Made by a program: the position numbers and the translations under genes | Part shown: positions 38,913 through 48,840 of the stretch, piece after piece | Numbering within the stretch: the stretch's first letter is position 1 | How the letters are laid out: every line of letters starts with the position of its first letter | Assembly: GCA_016176405.1 (NCBI GenBank) | Contig: JACOXG010000004.1 | Location: 9,082-73,081 of the forward strand | Reading direction: 5' to 3' | Source: Candidatus Daviesbacteria bacterium | Lineage (GTDB): Bacteria > Patescibacteriota > Microgenomatia > Daviesbacterales > UBA10151 | DNA length: 64,000 nt | The notes under the pieces: model-generated | What the model saw: only the letters and a program-made list of their open reading frames with translations | Databases searched by the model: none | What the model was told of the DNA's origin: nothing

Positions 38913-39986
38913 ATGCCCCACATTGCCCTAATTCCACTCCTTATAGTTATAACGTTAACCACAGGATTACTAACGATAGGAGGTCTAAAAGTTGATAAAG
39001 TTTCTGATACAAAAATTTCCAATCCACAAGTTTCTAGCTCACAAATAGAGGGAATTAAATCTGATCAAACAGAGCCTGAGAGGGTTTGTAAAATTATTTC
39101 AGGATTAAGATTTTGTTTTAAAAAACCTATCTCTCCAATCCGAACATCTTTTCCAGCTAAACCAAGGCCCTCTCCCAGCTCTTCACCCACTACTACACCA
39201 AGCAGTTCACCAACTTCCACACCCAAACCTACTTCAACCCCTACCAGTTCGCCAACAGCCACTCCTAATCCTCAAACAGGTGGGCCAGCTGCTATTGGGA
39301 TGACTGTTGAATCTTCTAATTTAAGTTGGTGGAATGAGAGAGCCTCTTCATCAGATTTAATATTTGGCAGTATTGGTTTGCTTAAATCTGTACCATCTGC
39401 CAAAGGAAATAAAGTTTTATTTGTTGATCCTAACAATCCTACCTCTGGTATGGATACTGCTAAAGCTAATGGCTGGATAGTCACTTCAAATATAGAGGAG
39501 GTTGATGTTAATTATGTGATCTCTAAAGAAAAAGAACATTATCAATTAGCCAAGGATCGGGGACTCACCTTTGTTTTTGGACCAATGGGACTTCAGCTTA
39601 AAGATCATTATGCTGATCAAGATTATGCCCTTTTAAAAAATACTGATATTATGGTTTATCAAACTCAAGCTTTTCAGGAAGATTCCAGAACGTTGGGAGT
39701 CTCGGATTCTAACAGTTATGTTTCAGCTTACAGTAGTAAAGTGAGGGATTTAATTGGAAAAATTAAACCATATATTGTCCAAAAGAAAGTTTGGGTCCAA
39801 GTTTCTGCTAATCCACCTCGGAGTAGGTGTATAAATGCGGATAGACTCATCCAATACATTGATTCTATTAGCAGTGGAAGCAATGCTGCTGATGCCGTAG
39901 TGATTTTTGTCTCTCCTCAATATGATTCTCAGTGTTCGGAAAAAAGAATAGATGTTGCCAAAAAAGTGGTTGATCATTATAGATAA
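38913..39986 (+). CDS. Secreted hypothetical protein with Pro/Ser/Thr-rich linker
   Basis: N-terminal TM/signal; low-complexity PSPSSSPTTTPSSSPTSTPKPTSTP stretch; globular C-terminal domain. Confidence 0.45.
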   Translation: MPHIALIPLLIVITLTTGLLTIGGLKVDKVSDTKISNPQVSSSQIEGIKSDQTEPERVCKIISGLRFCFKKPISPIRTSFPAKPRPSPSSSPTTTPSSSPTSTPKPTSTPTSSPTATPNPQTGGPAAIGMTVESSNLSWWNERASSSDLIFGSIGLLKSVPSAKGNKVLFVDPNNPTSGMDTAKANGWIVTSNIEEVDVNYVISKEKEHYQLAKDRGLTFVFGPMGLQLKDHYADQDYALLKNTDIMVYQTQAFQEDSRTLGVSDSNSYVSAYSSKVRDLIGKIKPYIVQKKVWVQVSANPPRSRCINADRLIQYIDSISSGSNAADAVVIFVSPQYDSQCSEKRIDVAKKVVDHYR

Positions 39987-40198
39987 TTCCAAACATCAGA
40001 GAGTTTTATTCATACTGATATTTTTAATCATAAAATACCAGTTTTACCAAATTCTTGCCAAGTATAGCCTGCTGGAAGCTTAGGAAGTCCACTATCTTGT
40101 TCAGTAGCCTTGTTGTGGTAAATATTAACTAATTAATTTGGTAGTTACAAGCATGGTAGAGAATTAGGAGATAAGTTGCTAAAATATACATGATTAAT

Positions 40199-40270
40199 GG
40201 GCCGGTAGCTCAATGGTAGAGCAACTCCCTCTTAAGGAGTAGGTTCTGGGTCCGAGTCCCAGTCGGCTCA
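40199..40270 (+). tRNA. tRNA-Lys (anticodon CTT)
   Basis: D-arm gctc..gagc, anticodon stem actcc/ggagt with loop cTCTTaa, T-arm ctggg-tccgagt-cccag, acceptor 3' tcggctc; 5' acceptor end pairing uncertain by one base. Confidence 0.75.
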
Positions 40271-40311
40271 CTAAAAATTAGAAAAAAATCAAAGCGGTTA
40301 TTTTGCAAGGA

Positions 40312-40872
40312 TTACTCTGTTTTACCTGTTAGGAGAGCATCAATAATATCATGAGGAAGAGCTGCAGCATTAAGTAAAGCTTTTCTGACTAAAGCTCCTC
40401 CATCAGATCCAATTTCATCTGCAGCTTTTAATGCTCCTTTAACAGCACTGGTTGCTAAATTTCCTGAATCTGCTCCAATATCACCTGCTGCCTCAATTGC
40501 ACCTCTGACTGCAGAAACTGCTGTTTCTCCTACATCTCCTCCCACCTTTGATACAGCATGAACAGCTGTAGATGAAGCTTCTTCAGCAGCCTGGGTAGTA
40601 TCCACACCCACATCTTTTGCTCCATCCACGACTCCTCTCACCAAGCCAGTCACTCCATCTGTAATAGATCCTCCGGCAGAAGACAGAGCTTCGACCCCTC
40701 CTGTGACTACATCAGAAACTGCCTGAGTTCCACTTGCAGCAACATCACCAGCGCCTTGAAGTGCTTTGACTATATTTTCTTTAGCTACATTTTGGGTAAC
40801 AGACACAATATCTCCAGCACCAGAAATAAGAGAACTTAGGGAGTTTTTAACATCATCAGTTATATTTGACAC
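40312..40872 (-). CDS. Ala/Gly/Val/Asp-rich repetitive protein (about 20-aa degenerate repeats)
   Basis: Repeated xAGDxxxxxxxAVxxVxxG-like units through most of the 186 aa. Confidence 0.4.
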   Translation of the reverse strand: MSNITDDVKNSLSSLISGAGDIVSVTQNVAKENIVKALQGAGDVAASGTQAVSDVVTGGVEALSSAGGSITDGVTGLVRGVVDGAKDVGVDTTQAAEEASSTAVHAVSKVGGDVGETAVSAVRGAIEAAGDIGADSGNLATSAVKGALKAADEIGSDGGALVRKALLNAAALPHDIIDALLTGKTE

Positions 40873-40945
40873 TAATAAAAAACTACCACATTCCTAATTC
40901 TCTGTCAATGGCAGCTTACAATCTAAATTATGCTAAAATTTTTAT

Positions 40946-41278
40946 ATGTTACTACGGGAAAGACAAAGAGGAATAGAAAATATTTATCCAGATTCAGAAC
41001 AGTTGAATCAAACTAGATGGGCTAAAATGCTTGGAATATCTATAAGTGGTTTACAAGCTGCAATGAGGCGAGGAGGGGTGGAAACGCGAATAGTTCACGG
41101 CCGCTATCATCCCTCTATACTCACTCGCGTAGAGGACTTTCCTAGCATTATACGAGGATTGATTTCTTCAAGGCGTCGAAGGGACCGTTATCTCTGGCCT
41201 GAGGTTGATACAACCAAAGATTTTCAAATTAAAGCTAGATCAGGTGCAATTTTAATTTATGAATATCCTCACTCTTGA
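40946..41278 (+). CDS. Hypothetical protein (110 aa, basic)
   Basis: ORF only. Confidence 0.3.
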   Translation: MLLRERQRGIENIYPDSEQLNQTRWAKMLGISISGLQAAMRRGGVETRIVHGRYHPSILTRVEDFPSIIRGLISSRRRRDRYLWPEVDTTKDFQIKARSGAILIYEYPHS

Positions 41279-41563
41279 TTTTTGTCTGCTTTATCTATAA
41301 CTTCTTGGGAATTTAATTCTTTAGGTCCTTGATCATCATTTGGCAATCCCACTGATTTTAAAGTTTCATCAATATCCTCAGTCTCCTCTGATGCATGACC
41401 TAAGGGAGAGGATTCATCTTGAAGTTCTTCATCAGCTTTTTGAGCATCTTCATGTTTTTGATCATCTGTTATAGTTGGTTTTGGCATTTTTTCACCTCCT
41501 TTTATGGTACCCCTGGAAGGAAGGTTGCTGCGCAATGCCTCCTTCGGAGGAACGAACCTTCAG

Positions 41564-41635
41564 CGCCCCTGGAGGGATTCGAACCCCCACAATGTGGTCC
41601 GAAGCCACATGGTCTATCCGTTAGCCTACAGGGGC
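41564..41635 (-). tRNA. tRNA-Arg (anticodon TCG)
   Basis: Reverse complement gives acceptor gcccctg/caggggc, anticodon stem tgtgg/ccaca with loop cTTCGga, T-arm ggggg-ttcgaat-ccctc. Confidence 0.8.
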
Positions 41636-42058
41636 AATGTGTTAATTTTACCAGATTCTTACTATTTATTTGTTTATTTATTAACTCATTGAAATATGAT
41701 TCAAAAGCTAAAAGAAAGGGGGTGAGATTTATGGCCAGAGGTCGAAAGAAGACCAAGACAGAAGAGGAAGAGCTTCCAGAAAAAGAAGAAATGGAAGAAG
41801 AGGAACCAGTTTATCATGAGATTAGCCAAGACGATGAAGAAGAGGGTAAGGAGAAATAGATGGGATATGAGTTAAAGTGGATGAATGATGTGCAGACGGT
41901 TGTCCCGTTTGCACATCACCTATTGACAGACACCCTGTAGTCTGATTATGATTATTTCATAAGCTGCCCATCTTGCATGGACAACTCAACCACAAAAAAC
42001 AACCAATTTCTTCAAAAATTTGAGATTTTTATCCTAATAAAAAGAAATAAGAGAGGGG

Positions 42059-42760
42059 GTGAACTCTAATCTTATTATGGAAGCAATTGGACTTACAGTA
42101 ACAACTATAGTTACTACATCTTTAGCCAGATTTGGCTCATACCTACCACAGCTGATTGCCGGATTGGTTTTGCTACTGATTGGTCTGGCCATAGCTGCTA
42201 TTTTAAAGGAGGCTGTTTTAAGACTGTTAAATTTTCTTAATGTGGAGGAATGGCTCAGTAATGTGACTGAGTGGTTTAATCAGATCAGAGATGAAAAGGC
42301 AGCCAGAGGCAGAATTTGGCCAAGACTTTTATCTGAACTGGTCCGCTGGACAGTAGTGATTTTGTTTTTAGTCCCAGCAGCAGAGGCTTGGGGACTTCCC
42401 AGAGTCACAGAGCTGTTAAATCAGTTCTTGCTCTATGTACCAAACGTTTTTGTGGCGGTGGTAATTGGCTTTATTGGACTAGTGGTAGCTAATTTAGTGT
42501 CTGAGGTGGTCAGACATGCTTCAAGAGGTTTGGGCAGCGCATCAGCCAATTTGTTATCAACCTTTGCCAGGTATGCCTTGTTTTTCTTCACAGCCCTGGT
42601 AGTTTTGAATCAACTGGGGATCGCGGCAGATTTGGTGAGGATTTTATTTACCGGTATTGTGGCCATGCTGGCCATAGCCGGAGGACTGGCTTTTGGCATG
42701 GGGGGACAGGAGATGGCCAGAAAGTTTTTGGCGGAGTTACAAAAGAGACTGGAAAAGTAG
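42059..42760 (+). CDS. Integral membrane protein with conserved TM-helix repeats (MscS N-terminal-like)
   Basis: Four to five TM helices with repeated loop pattern; locally higher GC. Confidence 0.4.
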   Translation: MNSNLIMEAIGLTVTTIVTTSLARFGSYLPQLIAGLVLLLIGLAIAAILKEAVLRLLNFLNVEEWLSNVTEWFNQIRDEKAARGRIWPRLLSELVRWTVVILFLVPAAEAWGLPRVTELLNQFLLYVPNVFVAVVIGFIGLVVANLVSEVVRHASRGLGSASANLLSTFARYALFFFTALVVLNQLGIAADLVRILFTGIVAMLAIAGGLAFGMGGQEMARKFLAELQKRLEK

Positions 42761-42816
42761 GGTTGATATTATCAGGTGCGACCTTGATTGAGGTGCGTCC
42801 TCAACAGATGCGAGTG

Positions 42817-43644
42817 TTAATTTTGGCTAAGGAGCTGGAGAGCTCCATATAATCCAGCTAAGTCACCAAGTTTAGCTGGAACTATATCTGGAGGATTTGG
42901 AAAGATGGTTAAAACATCTTTCAAGTATGATTTGACTTTATCAAGTGAAATACTCTTCATCACCGCTCCACCTAAAATCACCACGTCTGGTGACCAATGA
43001 ACAATGGTGTTATTTAAACCAATTGCTAAATATTTGGTTACTTTATCCCAAATTGCCTGATCAGTGATATCTTGGCCTTTTTGGTGGTAATCTCTTCCTA
43101 AATAATAACCACCCACGTAGGCTTCAAAATGGCCTTTACCCCCACAATGACAAAGAACCCCATCAATTACAATAATTTGATGTCCTGGTTCAAAACCTAA
43201 AGAGTTTTTATCTATTTTTTGATCAACAACTCTCACCCCTCCAATCCCAGTACTAATAGTGAGGTATGCTACAATACTTTTTCCTATACCAGCACCAGAT
43301 GTAGCCTCACCTAACCCTGCCATGGCAGTGTCATTTTCCAAGTGCACAGGAGAGTTAAGATTACTTTGAAGTGTTTCTTTTAAAGGTTTATTAACCCAAC
43401 CATGAAGATGAGAGGTATGGGTGGCAATGCTTTTATCCTTGTTAAACACCACAGCTATTCCACCTGAAACAGCTTCAATTTTTTCTCCTGCACAAAGCTC
43501 ATTAGCTGTTTGAGTAAGAAGCTTTATTCCTTGTTCAAAATCATCAGCAGGAGTTGGAACAATCCTAGTCTCTTTAAGAGTTTTGCCATCAGAGGATGTG
43601 GCAATCCTCATATTTGTTCCACCAATATCAAACACTAAATACAT
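42817..43644 (-). CDS. ROK-family sugar kinase (glucokinase)
   Basis: N-terminal ATPase motif VFDIGGTNMR; ROK zinc motif CHCGGKGHFE. Confidence 0.8.
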   Translation of the reverse strand: MYLVFDIGGTNMRIATSSDGKTLKETRIVPTPADDFEQGIKLLTQTANELCAGEKIEAVSGGIAVVFNKDKSIATHTSHLHGWVNKPLKETLQSNLNSPVHLENDTAMAGLGEATSGAGIGKSIVAYLTISTGIGGVRVVDQKIDKNSLGFEPGHQIIVIDGVLCHCGGKGHFEAYVGGYYLGRDYHQKGQDITDQAIWDKVTKYLAIGLNNTIVHWSPDVVILGGAVMKSISLDKVKSYLKDVLTIFPNPPDIVPAKLGDLAGLYGALQLLSQN

Positions 43645-43674
43645 ATAAAACTAGTTTACACAAATAATGGTTTT

Positions 43675-44610
43675 ATGTATAGTGTACTCATGAAATTAGG
43701 ATTTATTGGTTTAGGCAGAATGGGTGGTAATATGGTCCGAAAGCTTCTTGATGATGGTCATGAGCTAGTAGTTTGGAACAGATCTCCTGAGCCAAGAGTA
43801 GAATTAAAGAAAGAAAGGCCCATAGTTGAAATAGCAGATTCTATTGAGGATTTAGTAAAAAGATTGGAAAAACCAAGAGTAGTTTGGTCTATGGTTCTAG
43901 TTGGTGAACCTACAGAGGAAGTTTTAAGAGAAATAGAAAGATATATTGAGCAAAACGATATTATAGTTGAAGGTAGCAACGCCAATTATAATGACACTCA
44001 AAGAAGATACGAGTATTTTACAAAAAAGGGTATCAGATTTTTAGGAACTGGTGTTGCAGGTGGAATTTTAGGTCCTAAGGAAGGGTATGCAATTATGGCT
44101 GGTGGAGATAAAAGCGCGTATCAGCATGTAATTTCTATTTTAGATACTTTGGTTAAACCAAAAGCTGATCATGGCTATTTTGGTGAAGGGGGCGCAGGAC
44201 ACTTCGTGAAAATGATTCATAATGCCATTGAATATGGATATATGCAAGCGATTGGTGAAGGTTTCGATGTTTTAGCGCATTCACCTTATAAATTAGACTT
44301 GCTTAAAGCTGCTAAACTTTGGCAAAAGAGCTCTCTGGTATCTGGATTTATGATGGATCGCACAGTTGAAGTTTTAGAAGAGGATCCTAAGTTGGCAGGT
44401 TTGACAGGAGTTGTGGATGCAACAGGAGAAGCTTTATGGGCAGTGCAAACAGCCAAAAAATTGGGTATACCTGTTGAAATAATAGAGGCTTCCTTAAACT
44501 ATAGAGCAAGATCGCAAACTAATCCTAAGATACAAAAATCATATACTGCTAGAATGGTTGCTGCTCTACGTCATGCTTTTGGAGCTCATGGGATTCACAA
44601 GAGAAAATAA
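43675..44610 (+). CDS. gnd: 6-phosphogluconate dehydrogenase (decarboxylating), short YqeC/Gnd-like form
   Basis: Rossmann GFIGLGRMGGNM; 6PGD C-terminal domain motifs. Confidence 0.75.
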   Translation: MYSVLMKLGFIGLGRMGGNMVRKLLDDGHELVVWNRSPEPRVELKKERPIVEIADSIEDLVKRLEKPRVVWSMVLVGEPTEEVLREIERYIEQNDIIVEGSNANYNDTQRRYEYFTKKGIRFLGTGVAGGILGPKEGYAIMAGGDKSAYQHVISILDTLVKPKADHGYFGEGGAGHFVKMIHNAIEYGYMQAIGEGFDVLAHSPYKLDLLKAAKLWQKSSLVSGFMMDRTVEVLEEDPKLAGLTGVVDATGEALWAVQTAKKLGIPVEIIEASLNYRARSQTNPKIQKSYTARMVAALRHAFGAHGIHKRK

Positions 44611-44618
44611 TTGCAAGG

Positions 44619-46070
44619 CTAAATTCTACAAAATTCCATGGATGGTTCTAACCATTTTCTTCCATCAGCCTCAATTAACTGATCAGCTTCTTTTGGTCCC
44701 CAAGAACCAACTTTATAAATTATGGGTTTACCCCGAACTTTAGAAAGGGGATCAGTAAAGGCCCACTGGGCTTCAACTTCTTGGGCATCATTAAAAAAGG
44801 TCTGATCTCCTCTGATGGTATCAACCAGTAACCTTTCATATGGATCAGGTACAAAATGTGTATGAGGATCAATTCTATAGCAATACTGCATATACTCTGG
44901 TTGTAGTTTTACCCCATGGCCAGGCAGTTTAGTTAAGATTTTTAAAACTACTCCCTCGTTTGGCTGAATTCTGTAAACCAAAATATTGGGTTCATCCCCG
45001 CTTTTTAGGTTTTTGAATAACCTGTTGACCGGATTTTTGAAGACAAGGGAAATTTCCGTGACATACTGTTTTAGTTTTTTTCCAGCTCTGATATAAATGG
45101 GAACATCTTTGAATCTGTCATTTTTGATAAAAGTTTTTAGGGCATAATAGGTATCGGTGGTAGAGTTGGAATCAACATTTGGCTCTTTGTTATAACCTTC
45201 ATATTGACCAAATACCACTTTATTAGGCATTGGGACTAAACTTTTTAGAATTTTAATCCTTTCTTTGGTAACAGCCTCATTAGTAAAGCGCGATGGAGCA
45301 TCCATGGTGGCAAAGGCCAGCATCTGTAGCTGATGATTTTGTCCCACATCTTTCAATGATCCAACCTGGTCATAATACCCACCCCTTCTGCCAATGCCAA
45401 AATCCTCAGTGGCTGTGATTTGAATATGGTCAACAAAATCTTTATTAACTAAAGGCTCAAAAATATCATTGGCAAATCTAAAAGTTAAAATGTTTTGCAA
45501 GGTCTCTTTACCTAAATAATGATCTAATCGATAAATTTGATCCTCTGTAAAATATTTCAGTAAGAGTTGATTTAAGGCTTTGGCCGAAGGTAAATCTGAG
45601 CCAATTGGTTTTTCAATCATCAGCCTGACCCAACCGCTGTTTTGCAAATTTAATTTATACTTTTGTAGATTTTCAAAAATATAATGATATAAATCTGGAT
45701 ATGTAGCCAGATAGTAGATTCTATTGTCATGTTTTAAATAATTCTGTAACTTTTTATATAATGCCGGATCTTGAATTTCACCACTTAAGTATTTAAGTCT
45801 TTTGCAAAGTTTACTGAAGATATCTTCTTTGATTTCATGTTGATGATGAACATTTTCTAAATGTAGAACCTTATGTACGTATTCTTTCAGAGTTTGATCA
45901 GACATTTCCCTTCTGGCGATGCCTAAAATAGTCATATCGGCAGGTAGAAGATTTTTTTCTTCCATATCATAGAGAGCGGGGATAAGTTTGATCTGAGCCA
46001 AATTGCTGGTGATACCAAAAATTACCAAGGCGAAAGATTCCATGGGAATAGAATATATCATATGATACAA
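44619..46070 (-). CDS. zwf: Glucose-6-phosphate 1-dehydrogenase
   Basis: NAD(P) fold GxxGDLA-like N-terminus; G6PD signature RLDHYLGKE. Confidence 0.9.
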   Translation of the reverse strand: MYHMIYSIPMESFALVIFGITSNLAQIKLIPALYDMEEKNLLPADMTILGIARREMSDQTLKEYVHKVLHLENVHHQHEIKEDIFSKLCKRLKYLSGEIQDPALYKKLQNYLKHDNRIYYLATYPDLYHYIFENLQKYKLNLQNSGWVRLMIEKPIGSDLPSAKALNQLLLKYFTEDQIYRLDHYLGKETLQNILTFRFANDIFEPLVNKDFVDHIQITATEDFGIGRRGGYYDQVGSLKDVGQNHQLQMLAFATMDAPSRFTNEAVTKERIKILKSLVPMPNKVVFGQYEGYNKEPNVDSNSTTDTYYALKTFIKNDRFKDVPIYIRAGKKLKQYVTEISLVFKNPVNRLFKNLKSGDEPNILVYRIQPNEGVVLKILTKLPGHGVKLQPEYMQYCYRIDPHTHFVPDPYERLLVDTIRGDQTFFNDAQEVEAQWAFTDPLSKVRGKPIIYKVGSWGPKEADQLIEADGRKWLEPSMEFCRI

Positions 46071-47567
46071 TTTCGGACAATGAATAATCTAAGAGAGCTA
46101 GCTAAGCTAGTTAGGTACTTTATCTTAATTTCCACCACTGAGGCAGGGTCTGGGCATCCTACCTCATCTCTATCCGCCACCGACTTGATGGTGGCTCTTT
46201 TTTTTGGAGGATTTCTTCATTTTGATTTGAAAAATATAGATAATGCCAATAATGATCGTTTAATTTTCTCTAAAGGTCACGCCTCCCCTCTTTTCTACTC
46301 AATTTATGGGGCAGCCGGTGCAGTTTCTGAAAAGGAGCTTCTGACTCTGAGAAAGTTTGACAGTCCATTAGAGGGGCATCCTTCCACGGAGTTTCCCTTT
46401 ACCGAGGTTCCCACAGGATCTTTGGGTCAAGGTTTATCTGTTGGAGTTGGTATGGCTATTAATGCTAAATATCTGGATAAATTGGGATATAAAACTTTTG
46501 TACTATTGGGTGATTCTGAGATGGCAGAAGGATCTGTTTGGGAGGCAATTCAGCTGGCAGCATTTTACAAATTGGACAATTTGGTGGCAATTTTGGATGT
46601 GAACAGATTGGGACAAAGAGGGCAGACTATGTATGGACATGATGTTAAAGCATATCAGCAAAGAGTTTCCAGTTTTAGTTGGAAAACTATTGTAATTGAT
46701 GGACATAATTTGGCTCAGATTAAAAGGGCGTATCAGCGAGCCTTAAAGACTAAAAATGTCCCTACTATGATTATTGCTAAAACTATTAAAGGTAAAGGAT
46801 TTTCAATTTGGGAGGATAAAGATGGTTGGCATGGGAAGGCACTTCCTAAGGAGGATTTGGAAAGGGCTTTGAAGGAATTGGGTTATATAAATAAGAAACT
46901 TCGTGGAAAACTCAGCTTACCCACAAAGTCATCCCCGCTTTCGCGGGGATCCATAAATAATTGGATTCCTGCCTCCGCAGGAATGACAAACTATTCCCAA
47001 GGTGACATGGTGGCAACAAGAAAGGCCTATGGTAATGCTTTAGTAAGGCTTGCTCCCAAATATCCTGATATGGTGGTATTAGATGCCGAGGTGAATAACT
47101 CTACTTATTCAGAATTTTTTGCCCAAAAATTTCCCCAAAAATATTTTGAGATGTTTATTGCTGAACAAAATATGGTGGGAGTGGCTTTGGGACTTTCAAG
47201 GCGGGGCAAAATGCCTTTTATCTCCACCTTCGCCGCCTTTTTAACTAGAGCTTTCGATCAAATCAGAATGGCTCAGTATGCCAAAACTAATATTAAGTTT
47301 TGTGGTTCTCATGCAGGAGTTTCCATAGGGGAAGATGGGCCCTCTCAGATGGGATTAGAAGACATTGCCATGTTTAGGACAATTATGGGTAGTGTGGTGT
47401 TGTATCCTTCTGATGCTGTCTCTTGCGAAAAATTGGTGGAAGAGGCTGCAAAGCATTATGGCATGGTTTATATTAGAACCACCAGAAAAGATACACCTGT
47501 TATTTATTCTAATAATGAGCAATTCAAAGTGATCATGACCAGGTTACTATTTTGGGAGCAGGGATAA
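46062..47567 (+). CDS. tkt: Transketolase (N-terminal TPP-binding + pyrimidine-binding domains), with an in-frame repeat insertion and a 3' frameshift
   Basis: TPP motifs GSGHPTSSLS, GDSEMAEGSVWEA; 19-aa insertion SSPLSRGSINNWIPASAGM from palindromic element B; frame changes around 47527-47545 into ORF 47552-47896. Confidence 0.85.
   Translation: MIQFRTMNNLRELAKLVRYFILISTTEAGSGHPTSSLSATDLMVALFFGGFLHFDLKNIDNANNDRLIFSKGHASPLFYSIYGAAGAVSEKELLTLRKFDSPLEGHPSTEFPFTEVPTGSLGQGLSVGVGMAINAKYLDKLGYKTFVLLGDSEMAEGSVWEAIQLAAFYKLDNLVAILDVNRLGQRGQTMYGHDVKAYQQRVSSFSWKTIVIDGHNLAQIKRAYQRALKTKNVPTMIIAKTIKGKGFSIWEDKDGWHGKALPKEDLERALKELGYINKKLRGKLSLPTKSSPLSRGSINNWIPASAGMTNYSQGDMVATRKAYGNALVRLAPKYPDMVVLDAEVNNSTYSEFFAQKFPQKYFEMFIAEQNMVGVALGLSRRGKMPFISTFAAFLTRAFDQIRMAQYAKTNIKFCGSHAGVSIGEDGPSQMGLEDIAMFRTIMGSVVLYPSDAVSCEKLVEEAAKHYGMVYIRTTRKDTPVIYSNNEQFKVIMTRLLFWEQG
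46931..46987. repeat. Palindromic element family B (short form, inverted orientation) inserted in-frame in tkt
   Basis: atccccgc-tttc-gcggggat hairpin plus cattcctgc-ctcc-gcaggaatg hairpin; 57 bp = 19 codons. Confidence 0.8.
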
Positions 47568-47896
47568 CTCTTCATGAGGCTCTAGCTGCTTATGAGGAGC
47601 TAAAGAAGAGTAATATATTTGTTCGAGTAATTGATTTATACAGTATTAAGCCTTTAGATACTGATACCCTGAAAAAAGTTGCGAGAGAAACAAAAGCTAT
47701 TATTACTGTAGAAGATCATCATTTAGAAGGTGGGATGGGGGAGGCAGTGGCCACAGCATTGGCTGGTGTAAATATACCTGTTATCAATTTGGCTGTTACC
47801 AAGGTCCCCAAGAGCGGTAAGCCTGCTGAACTTTTAGACTATGAGGAAATTTCAGCAGGTGCTATTATTGATAATGTTAAAAAGATCATTAAATGA
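47552..47896 (+). CDS. tkt: Transketolase C-terminal domain segment (continuation of tkt after frameshift)
   Basis: Transketolase_C-like motifs (VTILGAGITL...KPLD); in the +1 frame relative to the upstream segment. Confidence 0.75.
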   Translation: MGAGITLHEALAAYEELKKSNIFVRVIDLYSIKPLDTDTLKKVARETKAIITVEDHHLEGGMGEAVATALAGVNIPVINLAVTKVPKSGKPAELLDYEEISAGAIIDNVKKIIK

Positions 47897-48756
47897 GACC
47901 TGCAAATTTAAAAAGTAAAATATTTTTAGATAGTGGCGACACTGATGAGACAAAGCAAATTCTGGATGCTTTAGGTTTTTTGGATGGACAAACTACTAAT
48001 CCTACTTTAATTGCCAAAAATCCCACTTCTCAAAAAAGACTGGCTGAAGGCAAAAAATTTAGTAAAGACGAAGTGTATTCATTTTACAAAGATGTGGTGG
48101 AGCAAATATTTAGTTTGATTCCCAATGGTTCAGTATCTGTAGAAGTTTATGCTGATGCGAATACTTCTTCAGAGGAAATGTTTATTCAAGGTAAGCGGAT
48201 GTTTTTTTGGATTCCTAATGCTCATATTAAATATCCCACAATAAAAGCTGGATTAAAAGCTGCTAGTAGGTCAATCAAAGAGGGAATGAGGGTGAATATG
48301 ACTTTATGTTTTTCTCAACAACAAGCTGCCGCGGTCTATGCTGCTACCAAAGGAGCTAAAAAGGGTGATGTGTTTGTCTCCCCTTTTGTGGGCAGGCTGG
48401 ATGATAGGGGAGAAAACGGTATGGAATTTATTAAAAATGTTATCCAGATGTATAAAGGTAGTGATGGACATATGGAGGTTTTAACAGCCAGTGTCAGAAA
48501 TTTAGATCATCTTTTATATGCTATTCAGCTAGGTAGTGATATTATCACCTCCCCTTTTAAAATCCTATTAGAATGGTCTGAAAAAGGATTACCAATGCCG
48601 GATGAAAATTTTACTTATTCACCTGATGGTTTAAAAAATATTTTATATGAGGAAATCAGTTTGGATAAAGATTGGTCAGAATATGATCTGTCTCATCCTT
48701 TAACAGATGCCGGAATTGAAAGATTTTCCGGTGACTGGAATAATCTCATTAAATAA
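47893..48756 (+). CDS. tal: Transaldolase
   Basis: TIM-barrel transaldolase motifs LDGQTTNPTLIAKN; Schiff-base lysine region (HIKYPT). Confidence 0.8.
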   Translation: MRPANLKSKIFLDSGDTDETKQILDALGFLDGQTTNPTLIAKNPTSQKRLAEGKKFSKDEVYSFYKDVVEQIFSLIPNGSVSVEVYADANTSSEEMFIQGKRMFFWIPNAHIKYPTIKAGLKAASRSIKEGMRVNMTLCFSQQQAAAVYAATKGAKKGDVFVSPFVGRLDDRGENGMEFIKNVIQMYKGSDGHMEVLTASVRNLDHLLYAIQLGSDIITSPFKILLEWSEKGLPMPDENFTYSPDGLKNILYEEISLDKDWSEYDLSHPLTDAGIERFSGDWNNLIK

Positions 48757-48784
48757 GGATTTTTAAATAAGTATTAGTTGCTAT

Positions 48785-48809
48785 CATTCCTACCTCGGAG
48801 GTAGGAATG
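48785..48809. repeat. REP-like perfect palindrome (cattcctacctc-g-gaggtaggaatg) 3' of tal and flanking the HuH transposase gene
   Basis: 25-bp palindrome whose core acctcNgaggt matches family A arms; followed by a T-run, so it may also terminate tal. Confidence 0.8.
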
Positions 48810-48840
48810 AATGTGCACGTAGGGTTTTATCCAGTATTTT

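Noticed and set aside
40199-40205. Apparent T:C mismatch at position 1:72 of tRNA-Lys(CTT) acceptor stem
   Set aside because: This is most likely a one-base ambiguity in hand-delimiting the 5' end; the rest of the cloverleaf is canonical.
41419-41859. 146-aa plus-strand ORF
   Set aside because: It overlaps the minus-strand tRNA-Arg (41564-41635) and GC-rich hairpin sequence. Only the short acidic C-terminal part (from 41731) could be a real small protein, with low confidence.
41886-41916. Strong 13-bp-stem hairpin (gatgtgcagacgg-ttgtc-ccgtttgcacatc) downstream of tRNA-Arg region
   Set aside because: It has no adjacent U-run on either strand and no second copy was noticed in the window, so it could not be assigned as a terminator or repeat family.
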